Shown piece by piece: positions 40,347-49,671 of a stretch of 50,522 bases of DNA. The DNA is from Frankiales bacterium (lineage in GTDB: Bacteria > Actinomycetota > Actinomycetes > Mycobacteriales > SCTD01): positions 1 through 50,522 of the forward strand of contig JAOPVZ010000106.1 in assembly GCA_025965935.1 (NCBI GenBank), in the 5' to 3' direction. Made by a program: the position numbers and the translations under genes. Positions within the stretch are counted from its first letter, which is position 1; every line of letters starts with the position of its first letter. Under the pieces are notes generated by a model. The model was not told the DNA's origin, ran no database searches, and saw nothing but the letters and a program-made list of their open reading frames with translations.

Positions 40347-41345
40347 ATGCCTCTGACCCCTCAAGACGTGGTCAACAAGAAGTTCGCCACGAAGCTGCGC
40401 GGCTACGACCAGGACGAGGTCGACGTCTTCCTCGACGAGGTCGAGCAGGAGCTCGTGCGTCTCCTCACGGAGAACGCCAACTTGCAGCAGCGGCTGTCCG
40501 TCGCACCACAGGCCGCCCCGCAGGCTGCCGCGCCGGCCGGTGTGGCCGAGCCGCCGCCCACGACGGCGCCCATCGCGCCCGGCGAGCCTCAGGAGGCCGC
40601 GCTGCGCACCCTGCTCATGGCGCAGCGCACCGCCGACCAGGCCATCGCTGAGGCCCGTGCCGAGGCCGACGCCCTGCTCGCGCAGGCGAAGTCCCGGCAG
40701 GCCCAGATCGACACCGAGCTCAACGCCCGCACCGCGAAGGCGATGTCCGAGCTGGAAGCGCGCCGCGCCGAGCTCGAGACCCGCATCGAGGACCTCCGCG
40801 CCTTCGAGCGGGAGTACCGGCTGCGGCTCAAGGCCTACCTCGAAGGTCAGCTCAAGGACCTCGAGGGTCGCAGCGTGAACGAGGGCCCCGGGACCGGCGT
40901 ACCCGCAGCCGCGCGCAGCGCCGCCATCGGTGCAGCACCTGCCGCAGCACCCACCGCACCTTCCGCTGCGCCGGCCCTCCACCGGCCACCCGCACCGGCG
41001 GCACCGGCGGCACCCGCGTCACCTGGTAGTCCCACGCCACCAACCACGCCACCCACCGCGCCGGTGGCACCTCCGTCGCCCTCGGCGGCGATCGCGCTGC
41101 CGGCCGAGTGGGCCGAGCTGCACGAGGGCGCCGAGACCCGGGCGGAGCTGTCCACGGAGCCGTCCACGGGGTCGTCGGCCAGCACAGCGGCGCCGGCGGG
41201 TCCGCCCCGGGAGGCGGCGCCCGGGCTGCGCGCCGTCCCGCCGCTCAGCGCCGACCCCGAGCGGGTGGGTCCGTTCACCGCGGCGCCTCCGCCCGTGACG
41301 GTGGAGCAGGTCGACGACGGTCCCGAACCGCCTTCCGAGCCCTGA
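40347..41345 (+). CDS. divIVA: DivIVA/Wag31 polarity protein
   Basis: MPLTPQDV..K.F...RGYD..EVD.FLD, FEREYR.RLK.YLE.QL; long Pro/Ala tail. Confidence 0.93.
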   Translation: MPLTPQDVVNKKFATKLRGYDQDEVDVFLDEVEQELVRLLTENANLQQRLSVAPQAAPQAAAPAGVAEPPPTTAPIAPGEPQEAALRTLLMAQRTADQAIAEARAEADALLAQAKSRQAQIDTELNARTAKAMSELEARRAELETRIEDLRAFEREYRLRLKAYLEGQLKDLEGRSVNEGPGTGVPAAARSAAIGAAPAAAPTAPSAAPALHRPPAPAAPAAPASPGSPTPPTTPPTAPVAPPSPSAAIALPAEWAELHEGAETRAELSTEPSTGSSASTAAPAGPPREAAPGLRAVPPLSADPERVGPFTAAPPPVTVEQVDDGPEPPSEP

Positions 41346-41434
41346 TCGCGTCGCCCAGCCCGTGTTCGAGACCCATTGAGCCTCGGCATCAGTAGGATGC
41401 CCAGGCTCGTTCGCCCTCCCGGAGGACTCTCCCT

Positions 41435-42346
41435 GTGATCGTCATCAGCGGTGCGCTCGTCGTCGTCGCCCTCGTCCTGCTCGTCATCGGGCTCGTCATC
41501 GCCGGCCTGGGCTGGGTGTACGGCTCCATCGCGGTGAGCCTGCTGTCCTTCGTCTTCCTGGTGATCGGCATCCTGCAGCGCCGCAAGGAGGTGCCTGGTG
41601 CCGAGGCGCCGGCGCTGGCCGGTGCTGGCACCGGAGCGGTAGCCGCCGGAGTCGGCGCGCTGGTCCGCGCAGGTGACCGGCTGGTCGGCGACAAGGATGG
41701 CAAGGTTGACGACGCCACCGTCACGACGCTGCCCAGCGACTTCACGCCGCCGGCCGCTCCGACCGTCGCCGTCACCGGCGTTGCCGGCGAGGTGCTCGTC
41801 GTGGCGGGGCGCCCCCGCTACCACGTGGCGGGCTGCCGCTACCTGACGGGCAAGGACGCCGAGTCCGTCGCCGTGGCCGACGCCCGTGCGCAGGGCTTCA
41901 CGGCCTGCGGGGTCTGCAAGCCCGACGACGCGCTCGCGTCGGCTGCCCCTGCCGGGGCCACCGGGGCCATTGCAGCCGCCGAGCCGGTCGACGCCATCGA
42001 GGTCACCGAGCTCGTCGCGGCCGAGCCGGTGGTCGCGGCACCGGTCCGCACGGCCGCCCGCGCGCGCACCGCCACCAAGGCCCCGGCCAAGAAGGCTGCG
42101 CCGGCGAAGACCGCCGCCAAGCCAGCCACCACGACCACCGCCAGGGCCGCGTCCGCGGCGGGCACGGCCGCCAAGAAGGCTCCGGCGAAGACCGCCGCCA
42201 AGGCCGCGCCCGCCAAGACCGCCGCCAAGGCAGCGCCTGCGAAGAAGGCCACGCCCGCCAAGACCGCTGCGAAGGCAGCGCCCGCCAAGAAGGCCGGCCC
42301 CGCGAAGAAGGCACTGGCCAAGAAGGCCCCCGCCAAGCGCAGCTAG
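41435..42346 (+). CDS. Two-TM protein with H-x3-C...C-x2-C motif and histone-like PAKK tail
   Basis: Two N-terminal TM helices; RYHVAGC...GFTACGVCKP; AKKAAPAK repeats; own -10 TAGGAT (41393) and GGAGG RBS. Confidence 0.8.
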   Translation: MIVISGALVVVALVLLVIGLVIAGLGWVYGSIAVSLLSFVFLVIGILQRRKEVPGAEAPALAGAGTGAVAAGVGALVRAGDRLVGDKDGKVDDATVTTLPSDFTPPAAPTVAVTGVAGEVLVVAGRPRYHVAGCRYLTGKDAESVAVADARAQGFTACGVCKPDDALASAAPAGATGAIAAAEPVDAIEVTELVAAEPVVAAPVRTAARARTATKAPAKKAAPAKTAAKPATTTTARAASAAGTAAKKAPAKTAAKAAPAKTAAKAAPAKKATPAKTAAKAAPAKKAGPAKKALAKKAPAKRS

Positions 42347-42369
42347 CCAGCCGGCCTCGACAGCCGAGT

Positions 42370-42416
42370 ACACGACAAGGGCCGCTTCCCGATCGGGGAA
42401 GCGGCCCTCGTCGTGT
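42370..42416. terminator. Intrinsic terminator hairpin, probably bidirectional
   Basis: ACACGAC-A-AGGGCCGCTTCCC...GGGAAGCGGCCCT-C-GTCGTGT between convergent genes. Confidence 0.8.
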
Positions 42417-42524
42417 GGGGGCGGAGGGTGCCCGGAGCACAGGGGGGCGGCCCCGGGCACCCGCCGTTCCGCGAGCCAGCCCTGCCCGCGGGTCTTCGGC
42501 CACCGCGTCGCGGCGGCGGCGCGG

Positions 42525-43013
42525 CTACAGGCGGCCGCGCAGCGCGCTGCTCCGGAACGGGTCGCGGGAAGGCGGAGCAGGCAGGGAGAGGATCTCGCCG
42601 TTGGCGTCCAGGCCGCTCAGGCCGAGCACCCGCGAGAGCAGCGTGTGCGTCGTCTCACCGGCCTTGAGGCCCTCGGCCGTGAGGAAGACCCGGTAGATCG
42701 TGATGTAGTGCCGCACCGGGGTGTCGTAGCTCCAGTCGACGGAGCCGTAGTGCAGGGACTCCCCGCGGCTGCCGCCCACGCCCTCCCAGGGGGCGCTCCA
42801 GATCTGCACGCCGGCAGGGCCGGCGCTGAAGAGCCCGCCGGCCGAGACATCCTGCGCCTGCGCGGCGGCGAGCAGGGCTCGCCCTTCGCGCTCGGGCAGC
42901 ACCAGGGCGGGACGGACCTGCGACTGCAGGGCGACATCGGAGCCGGGCCGCGTCAGTCGGAACGACTTGTGGACCGGCTTCGCCTGCTCGAGCTCAACGG
43001 TGTGCACAGTCAC
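42525..43013 (-). CDS. Hypothetical protein, 162 aa
   Basis: AGGAGG RBS, GTG start, protein-like composition with a Trp/Tyr-rich core. Confidence 0.75.
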   Translation of the reverse strand: MTVHTVELEQAKPVHKSFRLTRPGSDVALQSQVRPALVLPEREGRALLAAAQAQDVSAGGLFSAGPAGVQIWSAPWEGVGGSRGESLHYGSVDWSYDTPVRHYITIYRVFLTAEGLKAGETTHTLLSRVLGLSGLDANGEILSLPAPPSRDPFRSSALRGRL

Positions 43014-43170
43014 CGGGGCCTCCTGCTGCCTTGGTGCTCCAGATGGAGCAGTGCTGGGTGTTCACCAGCAGCATCGGCAGGCAGGTGGCCCGTTCTGACT
43101 GCGCCGTTCGGGTGGTTCTTGTCCCTGTCGGGCCATGTCCGAACTGGCACTGGGAGGGCGGCGCGTGGGC

Positions 43171-46100
43171 TCAGCGGCCGGCGAGGCGCAGCCAGAACCG
43201 CAGTCCGAGGTCCTCGTCGTCGTGGTGGGCGACGTCGGCCGTGGGCCTGCCCTCGGTGACGCTGACGGCGAGCACCTCCTCGGCCAGCTTCAGCGAGCCC
43301 TCGTGCAGGGCCTCGGCCAGCTCGTCCTGGGCGGCCCACCAGAGCTCGATGCGGTCGCTGACGTCGAGACCGCTGCTCTTGCGGGCATCCTGCACCAGCC
43401 GCACCACGTCGCGGACCAGACCGGCGCGGCGCAGCTCCGGGGTGATCTCGAGGTCCAGTGCCACCGTGTCGCCGCCGAACGTCGCGACCGCCCAGCCCTC
43501 ACGCGGCGTCTCGGTGACGAACACGTCGTCGGGTCCGAGGACGACGGGCGCACCGTCGACCTCGACCGTGGCGGTGCCGTCGCGCAGTGCCGCGGCAAGC
43601 GCGGCCGCATCGGCCTCGGCGATCGCCTTCGCCACCGCCTGCACGCCCTTCCCGAAGCGCTTGCCCAGCTCGCGGAAGTTGGCCTTGGCCGTGACGTCGA
43701 CGAGGTCGCCGGACAGCCGTTCGAGCGCCACGACGTTGAGCTCCAGGGCGACCAGCTCCTGCAGCTCGAACGGCAGGCCCTCCCAGCGCTGGGCCGACAC
43801 CAGTGCCCGCGACAACGGCTGCCGGGTCTTGGTCTTCGACTCGGCCCGCGCGGTACGACCGAGGTCCACCAGTCGACGTACCAGGGCCATCTGCTCGCCG
43901 AGCTCGACGTCGACCAGCGGGGTGTCTGTGACGGGCCAGGACTGCAGGTGCACGCTGTCACCGCCGACCAGCGCCTCGTGCAGCACCTCGGCCAGGAAGG
44001 GCGTGAACGGCGCCATCAGCGTGCCGAGCACGGTGAGGCACTCGTGCAGCGTCGTCAGCGCAGCCGGGTCGCCGTCCCAGAACCGGCGGCGAGAGACCCG
44101 CACGTACCAGTTGGACAGGTCGTCGATGAGTCGCTCCAGCCGCTTGCCGGCGCGCAGCGAGTCGAAGCCCTCGAGGGCCTCGGTGACCTCCGCGACGGTG
44201 GCATGCAGCTCGGACAGCGCCCACCTGTCGAGCAGGGTCAGCTCACCCGTCGTACCGGGGTTCCAGGCGTTCGCATCGGCGTAGAGGGTCAGGAACGAGG
44301 CGGTGTTCCACCAGGTCAGGAGGACCTTGCGCGTGACCTCCTCGAGCTGCGCATCGCCGATCCGGCGGGCGGACCACGGGTTGCCGCCGCAGAGCATGTA
44401 CCAGCGCAGCGCGTCGGCGCTGTGCCGGTCCATGAGCTCGTGCGGGTCGAGGACGTTGCCGAGGTGCTTGCTCATCTTGCGACCGTCGGCGTCGAGGATG
44501 TGGCCGAGGCAGAGCACCGTCTCGTACGCGCCGCGGTCGAAGACCAGCGTCCCGATCGCCATGAGCGTGTAGAACCAGCCGCGGGTCTGGTCGATCGCCT
44601 CGCAGATGAAGTTGGCCGGGTAGGCCGGCTCGATGCCGGTGTGCGGGTAGCCGACCTGGGCGAACGGCATCGAGCCGGCGTCGTACCAGCAGTCGATGAC
44701 CTCGGGGACGCGCCGGGCTTCCGCGCCGCAGTGGCAGGTGAGGGTCACGTCGTCGACGAAGGGCCGGTGCGGGTCCAGGGCGCTGACGTCCTGGCCGCTG
44801 AGCTCGGACAGCTCCCGCAGCGACCCGACGACGGTGAGGTGGGCCTCGTCGGCGGCGCACCGCCACATCGGCAGGGGAGTGCCCCAGTAGCGGTTCCTGG
44901 ACAGCGCCCAGTCGACGTTGTTGTCGAGCCAGTCGCCGTACCGGCCGGTCCGGATGGTCTCCGGGTGCCAGTCGGTGGCTGCGTTGACCTCGAGCAGCCG
45001 GTCCTTCACCGCCGTCGTGCGGATGTACCAGGACGGCAGCGCGTAGTAGAGCAGTGCGGTGTCGCAGCGCCAGCAGTGCGGGTACGGGTGCTCGTACGGC
45101 TGGTGCTTGAACAGCAGGCCGCGGCTCTTGAGGTCCTGCACCAGGGCCGGGTCCGCAGCCTTGAAGAACAGCCCACCGACCAGCGGGATGTCGTCGCGGA
45201 ACTTACCGTCGGGGCGCACCGGGTTGACCACCGGCAGGCCGTACTTTCGCGCGACCTGCAGGTCCTCTGCGCCGAACGCCGGTGCCTGGTGGACCAGGCC
45301 GGTGCCGCTGTCGGTCGTGACGTAGTCCGCCGTGCCGACGAAGTGCGCGCCCGGGATGTCGACCCAGTCGAAGGGCCGCTGGTAGGCCGTGTGCTCGAGC
45401 GCCGACCCCGGGAAGCTCGCCAGCACCTCCACGTCGTCGCCGAGGATGTGCTTGAGCGGCTCCGCGACGACCAGCACCTCGGTCGGCGTCTTGGCGACCA
45501 GGTAGGTCACGGTCGGGTGCACCGCCACGGCCGTGTTGGACACCAGCGTCCACGGCGTGGTCGTCCAGACCAGCAGGCTGGCCTTGCCCGCCCACTCCCC
45601 GCTGGTGATGGGGAAGCGCACGTAGACCGACGGGTCGACGACGGTCTGGTAGCCCTGCGCCACCTCGTGATCGGACAGGCCGGTGCCGCAGCGGGGGCAG
45701 TACGGCGCCACCCGGTAGTCCTCGACCAGCAGGCCCTTGTCGTAGATCTGCTTGAGCGACCACCACACCGACTCGATGTAGCTCGGCTGCATCGTCCAGT
45801 AGGCGTCGCTCAGGTCGCACCAGTACGCCATCCGCCGCGTGAGCTTCTCGAACTCGTCGACGTGCCGCGTCACGGACTCCCGGCACTTGGCGTTGAACTC
45901 GGCGATGCCGTAGGCCTCGATGTCCTGCTTGCCGGAGAAGCCCAACTCCTTCTCGACGGCGAGCTCGACCGGCAGCCCGTGGCAGTCCCAGCCGGCCTTC
46001 CGCGGCACGTACCGCCCCTGCATCGTCTTGAAGCGCGGGAACAGGTCCTTGAAGACCCGTGCCTCGACGTGGTGGGTGCCCGGCTTGCCGTTGGCCGTCG

Positions 46101-46239
46101 GCGGCCCCTCGTAGAACACCCACGGCTCGCCGTCGGCTGTCTGCTCCAGGCTGCGCTCGAAGACCTTCTCGCGCTCCCAGCGCTGCAGGACCTCGTGCTC
46201 CAGGGCAGGCAGGTCGACCTGGGGCGGGAGCTTGAGCAT
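43171..46239 (-). CDS. ileS: Isoleucine--tRNA ligase, type 2
   Basis: EGPPTANG.PGTHH, GWDCHGLPVE, WTTTPWTL, DQTRGWF, KMSKH. Confidence 0.97.
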   Translation of the reverse strand: MLKLPPQVDLPALEHEVLQRWEREKVFERSLEQTADGEPWVFYEGPPTANGKPGTHHVEARVFKDLFPRFKTMQGRYVPRKAGWDCHGLPVELAVEKELGFSGKQDIEAYGIAEFNAKCRESVTRHVDEFEKLTRRMAYWCDLSDAYWTMQPSYIESVWWSLKQIYDKGLLVEDYRVAPYCPRCGTGLSDHEVAQGYQTVVDPSVYVRFPITSGEWAGKASLLVWTTTPWTLVSNTAVAVHPTVTYLVAKTPTEVLVVAEPLKHILGDDVEVLASFPGSALEHTAYQRPFDWVDIPGAHFVGTADYVTTDSGTGLVHQAPAFGAEDLQVARKYGLPVVNPVRPDGKFRDDIPLVGGLFFKAADPALVQDLKSRGLLFKHQPYEHPYPHCWRCDTALLYYALPSWYIRTTAVKDRLLEVNAATDWHPETIRTGRYGDWLDNNVDWALSRNRYWGTPLPMWRCAADEAHLTVVGSLRELSELSGQDVSALDPHRPFVDDVTLTCHCGAEARRVPEVIDCWYDAGSMPFAQVGYPHTGIEPAYPANFICEAIDQTRGWFYTLMAIGTLVFDRGAYETVLCLGHILDADGRKMSKHLGNVLDPHELMDRHSADALRWYMLCGGNPWSARRIGDAQLEEVTRKVLLTWWNTASFLTLYADANAWNPGTTGELTLLDRWALSELHATVAEVTEALEGFDSLRAGKRLERLIDDLSNWYVRVSRRRFWDGDPAALTTLHECLTVLGTLMAPFTPFLAEVLHEALVGGDSVHLQSWPVTDTPLVDVELGEQMALVRRLVDLGRTARAESKTKTRQPLSRALVSAQRWEGLPFELQELVALELNVVALERLSGDLVDVTAKANFRELGKRFGKGVQAVAKAIAEADAAALAAALRDGTATVEVDGAPVVLGPDDVFVTETPREGWAVATFGGDTVALDLEITPELRRAGLVRDVVRLVQDARKSSGLDVSDRIELWWAAQDELAEALHEGSLKLAEEVLAVSVTEGRPTADVAHHDDEDLGLRFWLRLAGR

Positions 46240-46457
46240 CGTGGTCCTCCGTCGTCTGTGCTCCGACGGAGGGACGATCCCCGGGCGGGGACCGCGGTAC
46301 CACCCTCCTTGTCAGCCACAGGGAACCTGTGCCCGACCGCTCTGGCCGTGCGGGTCGCTCAGGGGGTGATCTTCACCCCGGCCAGGCCCCTGGGCTCACA
46401 CCGTCCCCAGGTCGCTCTCGGCTGCGTCCGGACCTACTCGTCCCCGTCACCGCGACA
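46240..46457 (-). ncRNA. Translational T-box riboswitch, Ile (AUC) specifier
   Basis: Minus strand: -10 TAGGCT (46464-46469), specifier GAAGAUCACC (AUC 46368-46370), T-box AAGGAGGGUGGUACCGCGG (46292-46310), anti-SD CCUCCGUCG pairing with CGACGGAGG. Confidence 0.92.
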
Positions 46458-46758
46458 GCAGGCAGCCTAGTCGGCGGGGTCGGCCGAGGGCCACGGACTT
46501 CGGGGTACGGCGGGACGGCGGCCGTTCCGGTCAGTGTCAGGTCTGTCGTCGGCCGGCGCCGGTCGAGCTCGGAGCCCCGCGCAGGCCTACGATGTGTCGC
46601 GCCCGGGAGACCCCCTCTGACCAGGGACGATGGACGGCAACCGCTAGTCTGTCCAGTTCGCGGTCGGGATCGTGCGGCGTGGCTCTTTGTGGCTGGATCA
46701 GGTGACACGTAGCATCGCCGCCCGTCCGATCATGTCTGGGCCCAAGCAGGGAGTCGTC

Positions 46759-48228
46759 ATGGCCACCGGCAAGCGCTTGCGCCTCTTCTCGCGCAAGGAG
46801 AAGGCGACCGGCACCGCCGTGCCCGCGTCTGCGCCGGCGAAGTCTGCCGCTGCTCCCGCACCCGCGCCCACTCCCGAGCGGGCTCCCATCCAGACCGCAC
46901 CCGCGAGCACCCCTGCCAAGGCTGCCCCTGCGAAGCCGGCTCCCACGCCGGCTCCCACACAGGCAACCAAGCCGGCAACCAAGAGCGCTGCCAAGGTGGC
47001 GCCCAAGCCCCTTCCGCGGGCTCGGCCCACGGCCGCGCCGGTGAAACCAGCAGTCAAGTCAGCCGCCAAGCCACCGGCCAAGCCGGCAGCGAAGGCAGCA
47101 GCAAAGCCGGCAGCGAAGGCGCCGGCGAGGCCAGCAGCCAAGGCACCGGTCAAGAGCCCGGCGAGAGCCGCCAGCAAGACCGCTGCGAAAGCTCCAGCGA
47201 AGTCCCCAGCTCAGGCGTCCGCCACCTCCCCGGCGAAGGCGTCCGTGAAGAAAGCTGCACCCGTGACCAAGAAGGCGGCCCCGGCCGCGAAGACCGCAAG
47301 CAAGCCGACCAGCAAGCCGACCAGCAAGGCTTCCCCGAAGAACACGCCCAAGGCCGCCGCCAAGGCCCCTGCCAAAGCCCCTGCCAAAGCGACGAGCAAG
47401 GCGCCGGCCAAGGCCGCGAAAGCACCTACGAAGGCACCTACCAAGGCACCTGCGAAGGCGGCTGCCAAGAAGGCCGCCCCGACCAAGAAGGCCGTTCCCG
47501 CAAAGGCAGCTGCTGCTGCGAAGAAGGCGGCACCTGCCAGGAAGGCGGCACCTGCCAAGAAGGCAACACCTGCGAAGGCCCCAGCGAAGATCGCCGCTGC
47601 CAAGAAGGCAGCGCCCGCCAAGAATGCAGCGGCCGCCAACAAGACCGCGCCCGCCAAGCAGGCCGCACCGACCAAGGCGACTCCCACCAAGGCTGCTCCC
47701 GTCAAGGTGACGCCCGCGAAGGCAGCACCTGCTCCGAAGCCTGCGGCCGCCGCCGTACCCGCTCCTGCTCCGGCGCCCCAGCCTGCTCCTGCTCCTGCAA
47801 AGAAGGCCGCGGCCGCGAAGGCACCCGGCAGGCCGCTGCCCGACACGCCGCTGACCGGGGCGGACGCCTGGACCAAGAAGGAGCTGGCCGACGTCCGCAA
47901 GGCGCTGGAGGCAGAGGCCCGGGACCTGCGCGGGGAGATCGACGACGCCGAGCACCAGAACGCAGACCTGCGCCGCGACGCCGGCTCGGAGGGCACCGGG
48001 GACGAGGCCGACGCGGGCTCGAAGACCTTCGAGCGCGAGCACGAGATGTCGATCGCCAACAACAGCCGTGACCTGTTGCTGCAGGTCGAGCGCGCCCTGG
48101 CGCGGCTCGACGCCGGCACCTACGGCCGGTGCGAGAACTGCGGCGATCCGATCCCCAAGGCCCGGCTGCAGGCGTTCCCCCGCGCCACGCTGGACGTGAA
48201 GTGCAAGCAGCGCGAGGAGCGGCGCTGA
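46759..48228 (+). CDS. DksA/TraR-family zinc-finger protein with a long histone-H1-like N-terminus
   Basis: C-terminal GDEADAG...ERE...[28 protein letters not shown]; ~350-aa Ala/Lys/Pro repeat region before it. Confidence 0.88.
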   Translation: MATGKRLRLFSRKEKATGTAVPASAPAKSAAAPAPAPTPERAPIQTAPASTPAKAAPAKPAPTPAPTQATKPATKSAAKVAPKPLPRARPTAAPVKPAVKSAAKPPAKPAAKAAAKPAAKAPARPAAKAPVKSPARAASKTAAKAPAKSPAQASATSPAKASVKKAAPVTKKAAPAAKTASKPTSKPTSKASPKNTPKAAAKAPAKAPAKATSKAPAKAAKAPTKAPTKAPAKAAAKKAAPTKKAVPAKAAAAAKKAAPARKAAPAKKATPAKAPAKIAAAKKAAPAKNAAAANKTAPAKQAAPTKATPTKAAPVKVTPAKAAPAPKPAAAAVPAPAPAPQPAPAPAKKAAAAKAPGRPLPDTPLTGADAWTKKELADVRKALEAEARDLRGEIDDAEHQNADLRRDAGSEGTGDEADAGSKTFEREHEMSIANNSRDLLLQVERALARLDAGTYGRCENCGDPIPKARLQAFPRATLDVKCKQREERR

Positions 48229-48734
48229 GGCCCCCCCGGGCCCTCCTCGTCCTGGTCGCGCTCCTCACGGTCGCACTCGACGTCGCCACGAAGGCCCTCG
48301 TCGTGGCGCACCTCGAGGGCAAGGACTCGGTCCGGCTGCTCGGGGGAGCCGTGACGCTTGTCGTCTCGCGCAACAGCGGAGCGGCCTTCTCCTTCGCACA
48401 GGGAATGACGATCGTCTTCACCGCGGTGGCGGCGGGGGTGATCGTCTACATCGCGCGGATCATGCCGAGGCTTCGGTCCCGCGGCTGGGCAGTCACTCTC
48501 GGGCTGCTGCTCGGCGGGGCGCTCGGCAACCTGCTCGACCGGCTGACCCGGTCACCTGGCTTCGGTCGTGGCTGGGTCGTCGACTTCATCTCGGTGCCGC
48601 ACTTCGCGAGCTTCAACGTCGCCGACAGCGGCATCACGGTCGGCGCGGCCCTGGCGATCCTGCTCTCGTTCCGCGGGATCGAGGTCGACGGCACGCGCAG
48701 AGCGCCGGCCGGAGAGCAGAACCAGGCAGACTAG
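48201..48734 (+). CDS. lspA: Lipoprotein signal peptidase
   Basis: [30 protein letters not shown]; start uncertain (GTG 48201 overlaps the end of the dksA-like gene). Confidence 0.93.
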   Translation: MQAARGAALRPPRALLVLVALLTVALDVATKALVVAHLEGKDSVRLLGGAVTLVVSRNSGAAFSFAQGMTIVFTAVAAGVIVYIARIMPRLRSRGWAVTLGLLLGGALGNLLDRLTRSPGFGRGWVVDFISVPHFASFNVADSGITVGAALAILLSFRGIEVDGTRRAPAGEQNQAD

Positions 48735-48738
48735 AGAG

Positions 48739-49671
48739 GTGAGCAGCGACCGACGGAGCCTTCCCGTCCCCGAGGGCCTCGACGGGCTTCGCCTCGACGC
48801 CGCGCTCTCGCGGCTGTTCGGTCTGTCCCGTACGGCGGCAGCGACCGTCATCGAGAACGGCGGCGCCAGCCTGGACGGCCGGGTCCGCAGCAAGTCGGAC
48901 CGGGTCGTGGCCGGGTCGGTGCTCGAGGTGGAGCTGCCGAACGCGGCGCCCACCACGTTCGCGCCGCCGGAGGTCGTCGAGGGCCTGCGCGTCGTACACG
49001 AGGACGACAGCATCATCGTGGTGGACAAGCCTGTTGGGGTGGCCGCGCACCCGTCCGGCAGCTGGGAGGGCCCGACCGTGATCGGCGGCCTGTCCGCGGC
49101 CGGTCACCGGGTGTCGACCAGCGGGGCCGAGGAGCGGCAGGGCGTCGTCCACCGGCTGGACGTCGGCACCAGCGGGCTCATGGTCGTGGCCAAGAGCGAG
49201 CACGCCTACTCGGTGCTGAAGGACGCCTTCCGCGAGCGGAAGGTCGACAAGCGCTACCACGCACTGGTTCAGGGGCACCCGGATCCCATGACGGGCACCG
49301 TGGACGCACCGATCGACCGGCACCCGACCTCGGCGTACAAGTTCGCGGTCGTCGCCGGGGGCCGCGACAGCGTCACCCACTACGAGACGATCGAGGCGTT
49401 CCGGCACGCCACGCTGCTCGAGATCCACCTGGAGACCGGCCGGACCCACCAGATCCGCGTGCACATGAGCGCCATGAAGCACCCGTGCGTGGGTGACATC
49501 ACCTACGGCGCCGACCCGACGCTGTCGAAGAAGCTGCACCTCGAGCGGCAGTGGCTGCACGCCGTCAAGCTGTCCTTCGCGCACCCGGACGACGGCCGCT
49601 GGGTGGAGTTCGAGAGCCCCTACGCACCCGACCTGCAGGGGGCCCTCGACACCATCGCGGCGCTCTCGTGA
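48739..49671 (+). CDS. rluD: RluA/RluD-family pseudouridine synthase
   Basis: S4 domain [30 protein letters not shown]. Confidence 0.93.
   Translation: MSSDRRSLPVPEGLDGLRLDAALSRLFGLSRTAAATVIENGGASLDGRVRSKSDRVVAGSVLEVELPNAAPTTFAPPEVVEGLRVVHEDDSIIVVDKPVGVAAHPSGSWEGPTVIGGLSAAGHRVSTSGAEERQGVVHRLDVGTSGLMVVAKSEHAYSVLKDAFRERKVDKRYHALVQGHPDPMTGTVDAPIDRHPTSAYKFAVVAGGRDSVTHYETIEAFRHATLLEIHLETGRTHQIRVHMSAMKHPCVGDITYGADPTLSKKLHLERQWLHAVKLSFAHPDDGRWVEFESPYAPDLQGALDTIAALS

Noticed and set aside
43135-46470. Long antisense or alternative-frame ORFs (1111 aa here; also 24207-27215, 3507-5924, 13103-15337, 18000-20456)
   Set aside because: Shadows of real genes caused by high-GC codon bias; no motifs.
46800-47830. 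Repetitive GCCAAGAAGGC-type DNA, considered as a CRISPR array or tandem repeat
   Set aside because: Degenerate, in frame and coding for PAKK repeats; no constant repeat-spacer pattern and no cas genes.
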